A stretch of 64,000 nucleotides of DNA from Macrostomum lignano (taxonomy: Eukaryota), in assembly GCA_002269645.1 (NCBI GenBank), contig NIVC01002830.1, forward strand, positions 62,001 through 126,000, written 5' to 3'. Positions 48,876 to 63,313 of this stretch are shown here, one piece after another. The notes beneath the pieces are model-generated. The model did no database searches. It worked only from the letters and a program-made list of their open reading frames with translations, and had not been told where the DNA came from. Made by a program: the position numbers and the translations under genes. The number at the start of each line of letters is the position of its first letter. The stretch's first letter is position 1.

Positions 48876-49480
48876 ACAGTCCCTCAGCTCTCCCTACAGT
48901 CCCTCAGCTCTCCCTACAGTCCCTCAGCTCTCCCTACAGTCCCTCAGCTCTCCCTAAGTCCCTCAGCTCTCCCTACAGTCCCTCAGCTCCCCCTACAGTC
49001 CCTCAGCTCTCCCTAAGTCCCTCAGCTCTCCCTACAGTCCCTCAGCTATCCCTACAGTCCCTCAGCTCTCCCTACAGTCCCTCAGCTCTCCCTACAGTCC
49101 CTCAGCTCTCCCTAAGTCCCTCAGCTCTCCCTACAGTACCTCAGCTCTCCCTACAGTCCCTCAGCTCTCCCTAAGTCCCTCAGCTCTCCCTACAGTACCT
49201 CAGCTCTCCCTAAGTCCCTCAGCTCTCCCTACAGTCCCTCAGCTCTCCCTAAGTCCCTCAGCTCTCCCTACAGTACCTCAGCTCTCCCTAAGTCCCTCAG
49301 CTCTCCCTAAGTCCCTCAGCTCTCCCTACAGTCCCTCAGCTCCCCCTACAGTCCCTCAGCTCCCCCTACAGTCCCTCAGCTCTCCCTACAGTCCCTCAGC
49401 TCTCCCTACAGTCCCTCAGCTCCCCCTACAGTCCCTCAGCTCCCCCTACAGTCCATCAGCTCTCCCTACAGTCCCTCAGC
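48876..49480 (+). repeat. 20-bp minisatellite (ACAGTCCCTCAGCTCTCCCT), left arm of inverted pair
   Basis: Direct reading. Confidence 0.95.
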
Positions 49481-50037
49481 TGACCTCACAAGCAAAACAC
49501 GCAAAAAACATAAATCTACTTTGACGTATTTTCTTGCTCCCAGACATGTACTTTGCAAGTTCCTTAATCTCTTATAACTTCCTCTCGTCTACAGAGCAGC
49601 TTCATTGACTATTCGCTGTACAGAAATCAATAGTACAATATATCGTTACAATTAGAGCATAGTCCACTATATAACATAGGATGTCGAGGTCTCAAAACGA
49701 ACTATTTCTGTTCAAACTCGAACAATGTTTTAATCCGTCTCAGAATCTGTAGCTGTCAGTCATCTGAGCAAAGCAATTTATTGCTGTCTGTGAGAGAAAT
49801 ATCTGAGACACAGGGGGCGGCTACGATTCCAATCTGATTTTGGCGTTCGCTCACATTATTGCAACTGTTCGAACTGCTTTGATGGTTTAAGCCTTATGCT
49901 TGCAACTATGTATTGTATTGTATAAACTTGCAAAAGTTGGCAATGTACTTTACTATGGATCTACCTGCTGAACCTGTCAATATTGTTTTTAAATCCGTCT
50001 TCATGTCTAGTTTCACTCTGTTGTTGCTTTTGGAGGA

Positions 50038-51005
50038 GACTGTAGGGGGAGCTGAGGGACTGTAGGGATAGCTGAGGGACTTAGGGAGAGCTGAGGGACT
50101 GTAGGGATAGCTGAGGGACTGTAGGGAGAGCTGAGGGACTTAGGGAGAGCTGAGGGACTGTAGGGATAGCTGAGGGACTGTAGGGATAGCTGAGGGACTG
50201 TAGGGAGAGCTGAGGGACTGTAGGGATAGCTGAGGGACTGTAGGGAGAGCTGAGGGACTTAGGGAGAGCTGAGGGACTGTAGGGGGAGCTGAGGGACTGT
50301 AGGGAGAGCTGAGGGACTTAGGGAGAGCTGAGGGACTGTAGGGAGAGCTGAGGGACTGTAGGGAGAGCTGAGGGACTGTAGGGAGAGCTGAGGGACTGTA
50401 GGGAGAGCTGAGGGACTTAGGGAGAGCTGAGGGACTGTAGGGAGAGCTGAGGGACTGTAGGGAGAGCTGAGGGACTGTAGGGAGAGCTGAGGGACTGTAG
50501 GGAGAGCTGAGGGACTGTAGGGAGAGCTGAGGGACTGTAGGGAGAGCTGAGGGACTGTAGGGAGAGCTGAGGGACTGTAGGGAGAGCTGAGGGACTGTAG
50601 GGAGAGCTGAGGGACTGTAGGGAGAGCTGAGGGACTTAGGGAGAGCTGAGGGACTGTAGGGAGAGCTGAGGGACTGTAGGGAGAGCTGAGGGACTGTAGG
50701 GAGAGCTGAGGGACTGTAGGGAGAGCTGAGGGACTTAGGGAGAGCTAAGGGACTGTAGGGGAAGCTAAGGGACTGTATGGGAAGCTAAAGGGCTGTAGGG
50801 GGAGCTAATGGACTGTAGAGGGAGCTAAGGGACTGTAGAGGGAGCTAAGGGACTGTAGGGGAAGCTAAGGGACTGTATGGGAAGCTAAAGGGCTGTAGGG
50901 GGAGCTAATGGACTGTAGAGGGAGCTAAGGGACTGTAGAGGGAGCTAAGGGACTGTAGAGGGAGCTAAGGGACTGTAGGGGAAGCTAAGGGACTGTATGG
51001 GAAGC
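50038..51005 (-). repeat. Same 20-bp minisatellite in reverse orientation (AGGGAGAGCTGAGGGACTGT), right arm
   Basis: Exact reverse complement of the left-arm unit, including the 18-bp CTAAGT/ACTTAG variant. Confidence 0.95.
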
Positions 51006-51709
51006 TGAAGAACAAAGTTCATCTAACACATTTACGCAAGCGAATGCAATCCACAATGCTTCCGCGCGCACATTTCCTTATTTTACATTCCCAATTCTGC
51101 TTTCGCCAGCTCCCTACTAGTCGCTTAAAATGATGAAGCATCTCAGTCTCTGACATGCAACCCCCCTTGAATGTCTAGGAGCTTTAGCATCCATGAGAGC
51201 AGCAGTTTCTGTCTGTCGAACGAAGACTGACCCGTGTCCAGCTAGGGTCCCAACGCTGACAAATGACCATGCCTATATATACAGTCTTAACGTCCACAGA
51301 GTCCTCCTTCAGTGGCTTCCTTGGCTTGGACCGAAAAGGTTCGGCAAACCTAAGGAAATTAAAGTTGCGCTACGGTTGCTAGCCTGCATTGACGGCCCAA
51401 CTAATTCTGTTTTCTTGTCTGCTTTTTTGGAGAAGAAGGAGGAGGAACTGTTGCAGACCTGAAGGATGAATTGCTTTTTGTAGGCACCGCGAAACTGCCC
51501 CAGCTGGAGTCTGGGCTCCGGTGTAAGATGAAGCTGGGAAGGAAGGTACGGCGTTTTGGAATGACAGGCTACTAATAAATCATTGGGGCACTTGATACAG
51601 CTTTCCTCTGGCTGCTTCTGGCTGCTCCCTGCATGTGCGGCGTCTGCTGGTACTGCAGTTAGTTTTCAGGGCGATGCAGGAACGCAAAGTGCAACTTGAC
51701 TTGGTGGGT

Positions 51710-52021
<312 letters not shown>

Positions 52022-52914
52022 ATTTACTGTCTCGTCAATAGCCTATTTTATTGTCTCGTCAAATTTTACAATCCTATTAGGTGACCCAGCAGTCTCAGTA
52101 TTCATATGGACTAAATGTATCACAAGAAACCCATAAGCCAAACTTACAAAGCGCCTTCAGAATCGGCCCAGTTGTCTCGACCAAAACTTCTTTAGAAGAT
52201 TTTGCTTCGAAGTTGACCGTTCAGAATTGCATTGCTTCTACTCAAGACGGTCCCATAAACAATTGCAGTAGCTTAACTTGCACCTGACATCGAGCTTTGT
52301 TTAACAATAAATAGTTTGTTTATAAAAAAATCTGATGCAACTCTCTGTCTCTGCAGCTGAGTCTGTATTTTCTCTTTCCTATTATTATTTCAAGCTTTTC
52401 TTAGAACCGTTCAACCGACAATTGAGACGGAGGGTGGGCGTTGATGAAGGGCTGAGCACAGATGGGGGGTGGAGGCTGTAGCAATCTGGAGAGTGTCGGG
52501 TAAGCCAGCTAGAGGGGGGAAACTCGCCGAGCATTCAAATTTTATTTGTTTGAAAAAGCCAGCAGGGGTCGCGGCTCGGCATGAGTGGCTATTGCTGCAT
52601 TGCAACCTGTAGCCTAGTGGGCTTTGGCAGGCACTTTATTGGCTGGACAAGCCCTGAGCCAATGCGGGTGTATCTGCTAAAGGGGGGAGGCCAACGAGAT
52701 GCGTATTTCTATCTACTCTTAGGAACAGCGATTGAAGCTTTTAAAATTTGACAGCGTTAAAATAATAGAAGTATGGATAGTCGACTCTTAATCCAGTGTA
52801 CGTATAGTCTGTCCACCATAGGCTGTTTGTGCGGTTTTTGTATGAAATCAGATGTACATCAGAGCTACTTATTGACTGTTCAAGAAGTCGTAGGTTTTTA
52901 AGAATTTTTTCTTT

Positions 52915-53625
52915 TCACGGGGTCCAAAATCAGTATACATATCTTCTGTCCTAGGGTTGTGTGGTCTTTGGGGGGGGGGGGTTGGCTCCTGCGAGCCCCA
53001 AAATCAGTGTACATATCCTCTGGCCAAGGGTTTGTGATCTTTAGGGGGTTGGCTCCTGCGGGCTCCAAAATCAGTGTACATATCTTCTGGCCTAGGGTTG
53101 TGTGGTCTTTGGGGGGTTGGCTTCCCCGGACTCCAAAATCAGTGTACATATTCTCTGACCTAGGGTTGCGTGGTCTTTGGGGGTTGGCTCATTCGGGCTC
53201 CAAAATCAGTGTACATATTCTCTGGCCTAGAGTTGTCTGGTCTTTGGGGGGTTGGTTCTCGCGGGCTCCAAAATCAGTGTACATATTCTCTGACCTAGGG
53301 TTGTCTGGTCTTTAGGGGGTTGGCTCATTCAGGCTCCAAAATCAGTGTACATATTCTCTGACCTAGGGTTGTCTGGTCTTTAGGGGGTTGGCTCATTCGG
53401 GCTCCAAAATCAGTGTACATATTCTCTGACCTAGGGTTGTCTGGTCTTTAGGGGGTTGGCTCATTCGGGCTCCAAAATCAGTGTACATATTCTCTGACCT
53501 AGGGTTGTGTGGTCTTTGGGGGGTTGGCTTCCCCGGACTCCAAAATCAGTGTACATATTCTCTGACCTAGGGTTGCGTGGTCTTTAGGGGGGTTGGGTCC
53601 CGCGGGCTCCAAAATCAGTCCACAC
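52915..53625. repeat. 68-bp minisatellite (…GGGCTCCAAAATCAGTGTACATATTCTCTGACCTAGGGTTG…)
   Basis: CTCCAAAATCAG recurs at 67-68 nt spacing, about 10 copies. Confidence 0.9.
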
Positions 53626-54689
53626 ATCTTCGACCCTGGAACCGTAGCGTTTAAAGGGGGTGAGGGGTTGGCACTTGCGGTCCCCCAGTCAATGTACATA
53701 TCCTTGATTCCTCTTCCCTCAAGTTGTTATTTGTGGGGTTTTAAATGGTAGGCTTTATGGACCTGTAAAAAGAAACAAATATATCAATATAAAATGTGCA
53801 CTTATCAATATTTGCCACCCCTCTCACAGCTGTCCAAGTTATATGCACAAAAACTCTAGAAAGTACATGCAACTTGAAAATATCAGTGACAATTTACCAG
53901 TAAGACTGGATTACTACAAATGCCTCTAGGACAACGGAATAAACAGATTCGCCAAGGTTTAAAGGTTTAAATTTAGCAGCTAAAAGTGTAAAGTTCAAAT
54001 AAGGGACAAAAGCTGACACTAAATGCATTCCTTTTTTAATGGACAAAAAGTTATCGATTTTTTCGACTCAATTAACAGCTTGGGCCAAGGCCTTCTTAAA
54101 CTCTCCCCTAATGAGTTTCAAAATCGAAAAAGTCCAGGCAGTATGCGGACTGTTGCAGCAGTACTTCTTCCCTATCTGTGCCGCGCTTTACTGACTCAAA
54201 AAGAGACGGCTAAGAGAAGACACTTGAGCATGGCTCTTACCCGTTATCTGACAATGGCATCGGGGGGGGGGGGCAGCTTCTATCCAGCAGCATGCTACCT
54301 GCTCTAAAACACAGTCAGACCAACCTTTCGGGTAAGATGCTTATCAGTGAGCATTTTGCTTTTTGGCAAGATTTTTTATCCTGAATTCTTTTGTAGGTAT
54401 TTCAGCTGCTCAAGACGATAGCAAATGGCATTATTGGAAGTATTCATTGTTTAAAACGATATTCAAAATTGCAATAAAAGAAATAACAATAAAAGGAGCA
54501 ATAAAATGCAAATATGAAAGCAATTTTGAGCACACTTCGACGGCAAGCTATACTGTTTCAAGCCATCACGAAGTTGTGCGGAGAAATGCTCATTGACACT
54601 GAGTGCTTGCTCTGCAGGGCCCGTGTCTGTGCTCTGCAATTTGTTCTAATTAGCTTGCTTTCTTGCAAACTTTGACCTTGCATCTAAAT

Positions 54690-55375
54690 GCCTCTCTGCC
54701 TCTCTGCCTCTCTCCCTCTCTGCTTCTCTCCCTAGCCCTCTCTGCTTCTCTCCCTCTCTGCCTCTCTCTCTGTCTCTCTCCCTCTCTGCTTCTCTCCCTC
54801 TCTGTCTCTCTCCCTCTCTGTCTCTCTCCCTCTCTGTCTCTCTTCCTCTCTGTCTCTCTCCCTCTCTGTCTCTCTCCCTCTCTGTCTCTCTCCCTCTCTG
54901 TCTCTCTCCCTCTCTGTCTCTCTCCCTCTCTGTCTCTCTTCCTCTCTGTCTCTCTCCCTCTCTGTCTCTCTCCCTCTCTGTCTCTCTCCCTCTCTGTCTC
55001 TCTCCCTCTCTGTCTCTCTCCCTCTCTGTCTCTCTCCCTCTCTGTCTCTCTCCCTCTCTGCCTCTCTCCCTCTCTGTCTCTCTCCCTCTCTGTCTCTCTC
55101 CCTCTCTGTCTCTCTCCCTCTCTGTCTCTCTCCCTCTCTGTCTCTCTCCCTCTCTGTCTCTCTCCCTCTCTGTCTCTCTCCCTCTCCCTCTCTGCTTCTC
55201 AGCCTCTCTCCCTCTCTGCTTCTCAGCCTCTCTCTCTCTCTGCTTCTCAGCCTCTCTCTCTCTCTGCTTCTCAGCCTCTCTTTCTCTCTCCCTCTCTGCC
55301 TCTCTTCCTGTCTGCCTCTGCCTATCTCCTTCTCTCCCTCTCGGCCTCTCTCCTCACTCTCTCCCTCCCTCTCTC
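54690..55375. repeat. CT-rich simple repeat
   Basis: Direct reading. Confidence 0.95.
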
Positions 55376-56171
55376 TCTACAATCAGGTACTACTTACTAG
55401 CCCACGCATTTCGTCAAGCTACTGCTTCAGTTTTTCTTTGACTTTCGCCAAAAGGTCTTTCTCCTGATGCACATCATTAATAATTTAGCCCCCAAGCTTA
55501 ATGGAACAGTAATTGATGAAAAATTCTAAGTTTTTTTTCTACAAGATATTTGTTCTCTTAAAACATCTTTTCCAACGTTCTGCAGTACTGTCTACCACGG
55601 GAAAAGATGCATGTACAGTCTGCTATAAAACAGCCAGAAGCCCTTCATCAAGATCTATCTGTCTGAGCAGACTTACTCCTGCCTCATTAAAGGATTCGCT
55701 CTACCCCGGCTTGGAGACAACTTTCTCACAGAGGTTACATTCACTTCAGCTATTTATTAACTATTCAGACAAAAGGTCTGTGTTTTTCCTACAGACCTTT
55801 AATCATCACGTTTTTGCCGGCACCCAATTTTAGCTCTAAGATGCAGGGAGCTTTCTGGAACTGCTGCCGACTAGACTCTAATTAAGTAACTCTTGCTCAT
55901 CTTGAAAAAGCTTCTCAAAGGCGACGAAATTTGTTTTAACAAGCTGGCTTAGATAAAAAGAAACATGAAATCCTGCATGCAGAACAATTGCAATTTAAAT
56001 ACTATTTTTGTTCTATTTTGAGTCTTTTCGTGCGTAGAAGACGCTACTTCAAAAGCACGTTTGACCTTCGCGTCACGACCCCTGGTTCGATTCCCGTGCT
56101 TGGCCTTGGGCACGAAAATTGGCCGGGGGTTCTCGTGCGATTCACAGTCATGAGGGCCAATCCCAAAGGCA

Positions 56172-56184
56172 CAGAGAGAGAGAG

Positions 56185-56243
<59 letters not shown>

Positions 56244-56253
56244 AGGAGAGAGA

Positions 56254-56327
<74 letters not shown>

Positions 56328-56350
56328 AGAGGGAGAGAAAGAGAGAGAGC

Positions 56351-56381
<31 letters not shown>

Positions 56382-56533
56382 GGAGAGAGAGGGAGAGAGA
56401 GAGAGAGAGGGAGAGAAAGAGAGAGAGAGAAAGAGAGAGAGAGCGAGAGAGTTAGAAAGAAAGAGAGAGAGACAGAGAGAGAGAGAGAGTGAGAAAGAAA
56501 GAGAGAGAGACAGAGAGAGAGAGTGAGAAAGAA

Positions 56534-56580
<47 letters not shown>

Positions 56581-56744
56581 GAGAGAGAAAGAGAGAGAGA
56601 TAAAGAGAGAGAGAAAGAGAGAGTGAGAGAAAGAGAGAGATAAAGAGAGAGAGAGCGAGAGAGAGAGAGAGAGCGAGAGAGAAAGAGAGAGAGCGAGAAG
56701 GAGAGAGAGGGAGAGAGAGAGAAAGAAAGAAAGAGAAAGAGATA

Positions 56745-56822
<78 letters not shown>
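56172..56822. repeat. (GA)n simple repeat
   Basis: Direct reading. Confidence 0.95.
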
Positions 56823-56826
<4 letters not shown>

Positions 56827-57914
56827 CTGATGATGTACACCCTGTGTGTCGACGCGCTTGCAAGTGCACAGGAGTGGGAGGAATGGGCAGGATTGCCTTC
56901 AGCGCTGGTTGTGGAACGATGCTGCCCCCCAGCCCTCTTGAGAATATTGATTGCTTTCATGAGGCAGCTACTTGAAAATGTGCAAAATCAAAATTTATTG
57001 ACATCAAATCATGGTAATCCATGCTTGAAATGATTGAAACCGAAGCAGCCCAGTACAGAATATTGCAGAGCTCACCTTTGCTTTCAGAGTGCGTGTCTTC
57101 AGCGCATCAAGCCGCTGCAGGTCAGGTGGCTGAGTGACATTTTATTTAGAGTGCTGAAGATCTTCGAGCAGTCAAGATAAGACAGTTCTGGAGTTGGAAC
57201 TGGACTCGCACTGGCTCTTGGGACTGAGTCACTTCCTCCTCGGGCAGATCCGTTACGCAGGGGGGTAAGCTGCTTATGTTTTAAAACCCTATAAATATAC
57301 GACAGGGCAAGTGGAGTCAGCAGTGTGCCTGTCTGTCCAAGTATCAAGCTGATAGATCAATTCCAATCCATTTCATTTAGGCTGTCATATATAACTGCAT
57401 GTGTGGCTAATTCCTATTCAATAAGGACTATATGATATGGCTCTGGGATTGGCTAGGATCTGGCAGTACTAAGGATCTTAAAAAGCTGTCACTTGGGTCA
57501 AGAGCTGCTCCTCTCAGAAGGAAACCCCTACAAAGGCCAAGGAGAGCTAGCACTAGAAACTGGATTGGCAACTCTTTCAAGACAGCTAAGTTTATCTGAA
57601 TTTATTACAAACGTGGTTAAAACGACGCTCTCTAAAACTGGAGTTTCTTTTTGGTTCCTTGAAACTCTTGGAGCTTGTGAGGCCCATTGGGGGTGTTAGG
57701 ATCCGTCTACTTTGCTTGCTCAAATTGCTTCGCTGTACTCAAGTTCCCGACAAAGCCTGCAATGTGCATTGTCAGAGAAATTAACCACTTGGCTGCCAAC
57801 GGGGAAGGAGTGGACAGTGGGGTCAGAGGAAGGCTCTCAGACAAAGAGATTGATTAAATCTCACACAGAATTTTTGCAGTGCATTGAAACAAAGCACTGG
57901 ATAGTAAGGGGTAT

Positions 57915-59200
57915 CCATGCTGTATATTACCCTGTCACTATGGTGTATTCAAGCTGTAAATTACCCTGTCACTATGGTGTATTCAAGCTGTAAATTACCC
58001 TGTCACTATGGTGTATTCAAGCTGTAAATTACCCTGTCACTATGGTGTATTCAAGCTGTAAATTACCCTGTCACTATGGTGTATTCAAGCTGTAAATTAC
58101 CCTGTCACTATGGTGTATTCAAGCTGTAAATTACCCTGTCACTATGGTGTATTCAAGCTGTAAATTACCCTGTCACTATGGTGTATTCAAGCTGTAAATT
58201 ACCCTGTCACTATGGGGTATTCAAGCTGTATATTACCCTGTCACTATGGTGTATTCAAGCTGTAATTTACCCTGTCACTATGGTGTATTCAAGCTGTAAA
58301 TTACCCTGTCACTATGGTGTATTCAAGCTGTAAATTACCCTGTCACTATGGTGTATTCAAGCTGTAAATTACCCTGTCACTATGGTGTATTCAAGCTGTA
58401 AATTACCCTGTCACTATGGTGTATTCAAGCTGTAAATTACCCTGTCACTATGGTGTATTCAAGCTGTAAATTACCCTGTCACTATGGTGTATTCAAGCTG
58501 TAAATTACCCTGTCACTATGGGGTATTCAAGCTGTATATTACCCTGTCACTATGGTGTATTCAAGCTGTAATTTACCCTGTCACTATGGTGTATTCAAGC
58601 TGTAATTTACCCTGTCACTATGGTGTATTCAAGCTGTAATTTACCCTGTCACTATGGGGTATTCAAGCTGTAAATTACCCTGTCACTATGGGGTATTCAA
58701 GCTGTAAATTACCCTGTCACCATGGTGTATTCAAGCTGTAATTTACCCTGTCACTATGGTGTATTCAAGCTGTAATTTACCCTGTCACTATGGGGTATTC
58801 AAGCTGTAAATTACCCTGTCACTATGGTGTATTCAAGCTGTAAATTACCCTGTCACTATGGTATATTCAAGCTGTATATTACCCTGTCACTATGGTGTAT
58901 TCAAGCTGTAAATTACCCTGTCACTATGGTGTATTCAAGCTGTAAATTACCCTGTCACTATGGTATATTCAAGCTGTATATTACCCTGTCACTATGGTGT
59001 ATTCAAGCTGTAAATTACCCTGTCACTATGGTGTATTCAAGCTGTATATTACCCTGTCACTATGGGATATCCATACTGTAAATTACCCTGTCATTATGGG
59101 GTATTCAAGCTGTAAACTACCCTGTAACTATTGGGTATTCATGCTGTAAACTACCCTGCTGTCACTATGGGATATCCATGCCGCAAACTACCCTGTCACA
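57915..59200. repeat. 34-bp minisatellite (AAATTACCCTGTCACTATGGTGTATTCAAGCTGT)
   Basis: About 35 highly homogeneous copies. Confidence 0.95.
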
Positions 59201-59361
59201 ATAGAATACCAATGCTGTAAGTTATGTCACAATGCTGTATCCCTAAAAATATTTCAAAAAGAGAAACAACATCCAGAAGTGAGACCGAGAGTTGTTTGAT
59301 TAATAAAAAACTTTTAAAGATGTTATCAAATTTTTCAATCGACTGCTTCCACCCAGCTTCT

Positions 59362-62300
59362 CTACTGCATCATCTTGTCAGTCCAGGCCACTCCGCAAAG
59401 AGCCCTGCGGTACACAGTCAGCAGAGGGCAGAGTCCGGAGGTCACTGAGCTGCCTTCAGTGCTGTCAGGTCCTGACACCTGCAGTGTGGAGCACTGCCCA
59501 GCTGGAGCTGCCAACCAGAAGCTCGTGTTGGCCACTGCGGGTTGATTGAGGATGTGTTAATCACCTGTTAGACACTGATATCCCCTGTTAGACACTGATA
59601 TCACCTGTTAGACACTGATATCCCCTGTTAGACACTGATATCACCTGTTAGACACTGATATCACCTGTTAGACACTGATATCTCCTGTTAGACACTGATG
59701 TCACCTGTTAGACACTGATGTCACCTGTTAGACAGTGATGTCACCTGTTAGACAGTGATGTCACCTGTTAGACACTGATGTCACCTGTTAGACACTGATG
59801 TCACCTGTTAGACACTGATATCTCCTGTTAGACACTGATGTAACCTGTTAGACACTGATGTCACTTGTTAGACACTGATGTCACCTGTTAGACACTGAAG
59901 TCACCTGTTAGACACTGATATCACCTGTTAGACACTGATATCTCCTGTTAGACAGTGATATCACCTGTTAGACACTGATGTAACCTGTTAGACACTGATG
60001 TCACCTGTTAGACACTGATGTAACCTGTTAGACACTGATGTCACCTGTTAGACACTGATATCACCTGTTAGACACTGATATCTCCTGTTAGACACTGATG
60101 TAACCTGTTAGACACTGATGTCACCTGTTAGACACTGATGTCACCTGTTAGACACTGAAGTCACCTGTTAGACACTGATATCACCTGTTAGACACTGATA
60201 TCTCCTGTTAGACACTGATGTCACCTGTTAGACACTGATGTCACCTGTTAGACACTGATATCACCTGTTAGACACTGATATCTCCTGTTAGACACTGATG
60301 TCACCTGTTAGACACTGATGTAACCTGTTAGACACTGATGTCACCTGTTAGACACTGATATCACCTGTTAGACACTGATATCTCCTGTTAGACACTGATG
60401 TAACCTGTTAGACAGGGCTAACAGCAAATCCACAAGCCTCAAATGCAACTCACGCCCCAGCCGAACCAGGGCATCCCTCAGTCTGGCAAAGTCGACAGTC
60501 GCAGCCTCCGGCATCGACATTGAAGTTGTCGCCACCTGACGGCCGCCGGTCGCAGCTCCGCCGCAGACGAGCGTCGCCTCGACGGAGTCCATCGAGGCGA
60601 CGGTGGCAAACACGCAGCTGCCATTGACGAAGGCGCCACCCGAGAATCCATTGACGCGAGGACAGAGGCGTCCACTGCGACACGGCACCGAGGCAGGCTC
60701 AGCTCCGTCCCGTCTCAGCAGGTCTCCGGCCGCGTCAACCACCAGCCGCTCCGAGAACGGCCACTCCTCGCCCGGAAGGATTCTCAGAAGTCCATAGCGA
60801 GAGTCCATGTGAGCGGCCCAGCGATCCACTTTGCCCCACAGCCAGGCGGCTGTCCAGCTGGCTGACAAGCTCCTGACGTACCGCCTGACAGCGAGGCACT
60901 CGTCAGGAGTGGCCGCCACCATTGGGCGACCTTCGCAGTGGGCCGGGGCGGAGTACACAGTTGACACTGCGCCACCGGCCACCCAGAAGCACTGGTCTCC
61001 CAGCTCACTGTCAGTCTGTACCAGTCTCAGGTTGTGGACATTGCTGACACCTTTGGTGGCATTGGGCGGGCACTGGTCTGCTGGTTGCACGGCAATGCCG
61101 CTGGTTGAGTCGGCTAGAGGCGCCGTGCTCGACGTCAGGGTTGAGACGTTCTTCTGGCACACGAATCGGAGTCTCGTGGAGCAGCCTTCGGTGCCAGCGG
61201 ATGTCGGCGGGCTGACGGAGGTCGAGCTGAAGGTGGCAGAGGAACCCGAAATGGACAGCAGGGCGCATCCGGGTGCCACCTGGCCGGTTCTGGTCACGAT
61301 CAGCGGGGCGGAGTCGCTGCCGGCCACCCAGAACTGGGTGCCCGCAGCTGGGGTGCGGGGTGGTGATGGATGGGTGAAATATTTTGTTTAGAAATGCTGT
61401 ATGGGAGAGTGCGTTAGCAAGCGGAGGGTGCTGTAGCTAGGGAGGGTTCTGTAGCTAGGAGATGGTGGTGTAGCTAGGGGAGGGTGGTGTAGCTAGGGGA
61501 GGGTGGTGTAGCTAGGGGAGGGTGGTGTAGCTAGGGGAGGGTGGTGTAGCTAGGGGAGGGTGGTGTAGCTAGGGGAGGGTGATGTAGCTAGGGGAGGGTG
61601 ATGTAGCTAGGGGAGGGTGGTGTAGCTAGGGGAGGGTGGTGTAGCTAGGGGAAGGGGGTGTAGCTAGGGGAGGGTGATGTAGCTAGGGGAGGGTGATGTA
61701 GCTATGGGAGGGTGTTGTAGCTAGGGGAGGGGGATGTAGCTAGGGCAAGGTGATGTAGCTAGCGGAGGGTGATGTAGCTATGGGAGGGTGATGTAGCTAG
61801 GGGAGGGGGATGTAGCTAGGGGAGGGGGATATAGCTAGGGGAGGGTGATGTAGCTATGGGAGGGTGATGTAGCTAGGGGAGGGGGATATAGCTATGGGAG
61901 GGTGATGTAGCTATGGGAGGGTGATGTAGCTATGGGAGGGTGATGTAGCTATGGGAGGGTGATGTAGCTAGGGGAGGGGGATGTAGCTATGGGAGGGTGA
62001 TGTAGCTAGGGGAGGGTGATGTAGCTATGGGAGGGGGATATAGCTATGGGAGGGTGATGTAGCTAGGGGAGGGTGGTGTAGCTAGGGGAGGGTGGTGTAG
62101 CTAGGGGAGGGTGATGTAGCTAGGGGAGGGTGATGTAGCTAGGGGAGGGTGATGTAGCTATGGGAGGGTGATGTAGCTATGGGAGGGTGATGTAGCTATG
62201 GGAGGGTGATGTAGCTATGGGAGGGTGATGTAGCTATGGGAGGGTGATGTAGCTATGGGAGGGTGATGTAGCTATGGGAGGGTGATGTAGCTATGGGAGG

Positions 62301-63185
62301 GTGATGTAGCTATGGGAGGGTGATGTAGCTATGGGAGGGTGATGTAGCTAGGGGAGGGGGATGTAGCTAGGGCAGGGTGATGTAGCTAGCGGAGGGTGAT
62401 GTAGCTATGGGAGGGTGATGTAGCTATGGGAGGGTGATGTAAGAGAGGGTGCTTTAAGGGAGGGTTCTGTAAGGGAGGCTGCTGTAAGGAAGGTAGCAGT
62501 ATTCGATGACTACTGAAAAGGACTGTCGCATGTAGTTAAAATAGCACCAGAAAAACCTAGACAAGCCCTAGCAACTCGGAGCCACAAATCCCTCGAGTCA
62601 GTTTTAATAATTCTTTACCATCCGAAGTCACAGCATAGCAACTGGAGGTGGAGCGAGGGAACAATTATTTATTTTTTCGATCTGCCTGCACAAAACTGCA
62701 TTTCTGCTCGGACCCAGCAGCAACCTCTCAATGAGAGCGCCGAGTGCAGCCGCTGCGTCTCAGTGGGGGGTCCAAGACTCCACTCTAAGCGACTGTCAGT
62801 TTCAAAAAATTTTAGGTGCTAAAATACTTCGGCTGCGCGCCAACCAATTTTATTATTATTAGAGATAGCCAGGTTCTCATGAGAGCACAGTGAGCACAGT
62901 GAGCACAGTGTGTGTTTATTTAGCATTTATTGCCGTCAGTTAATGCCGAGTTCATGCTTAACAGCGGGTAATCATTTTGCTAAAGAAATTATTAAACCCT
63001 TTTTACTGCGTAGAACAATAAGCCGCCTAATTGAAGATTTATCTCTTTGTTATTCTTGGCTTAACACTTCTTCTTCTTCTTGGAGTCGGCTGTGAGCTCA
63101 AGCTGATGCTTGAGAACAAATGTAGCTCGTAAAAGTCTAGAACTTTAATTAGTGAGCTTTAAATAGCTTTGTGTTACCATTGCCA

Positions 63186-63230
<45 letters not shown>

Positions 63231-63237
63231 GTCTGAC

Positions 63238-63313
<76 letters not shown>

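Noticed and set aside
57915-59200. CRISPR-like 34-bp repeat
   Set aside because: Head-to-tail tandem units with no unique spacers; eukaryotic context; no cas genes.
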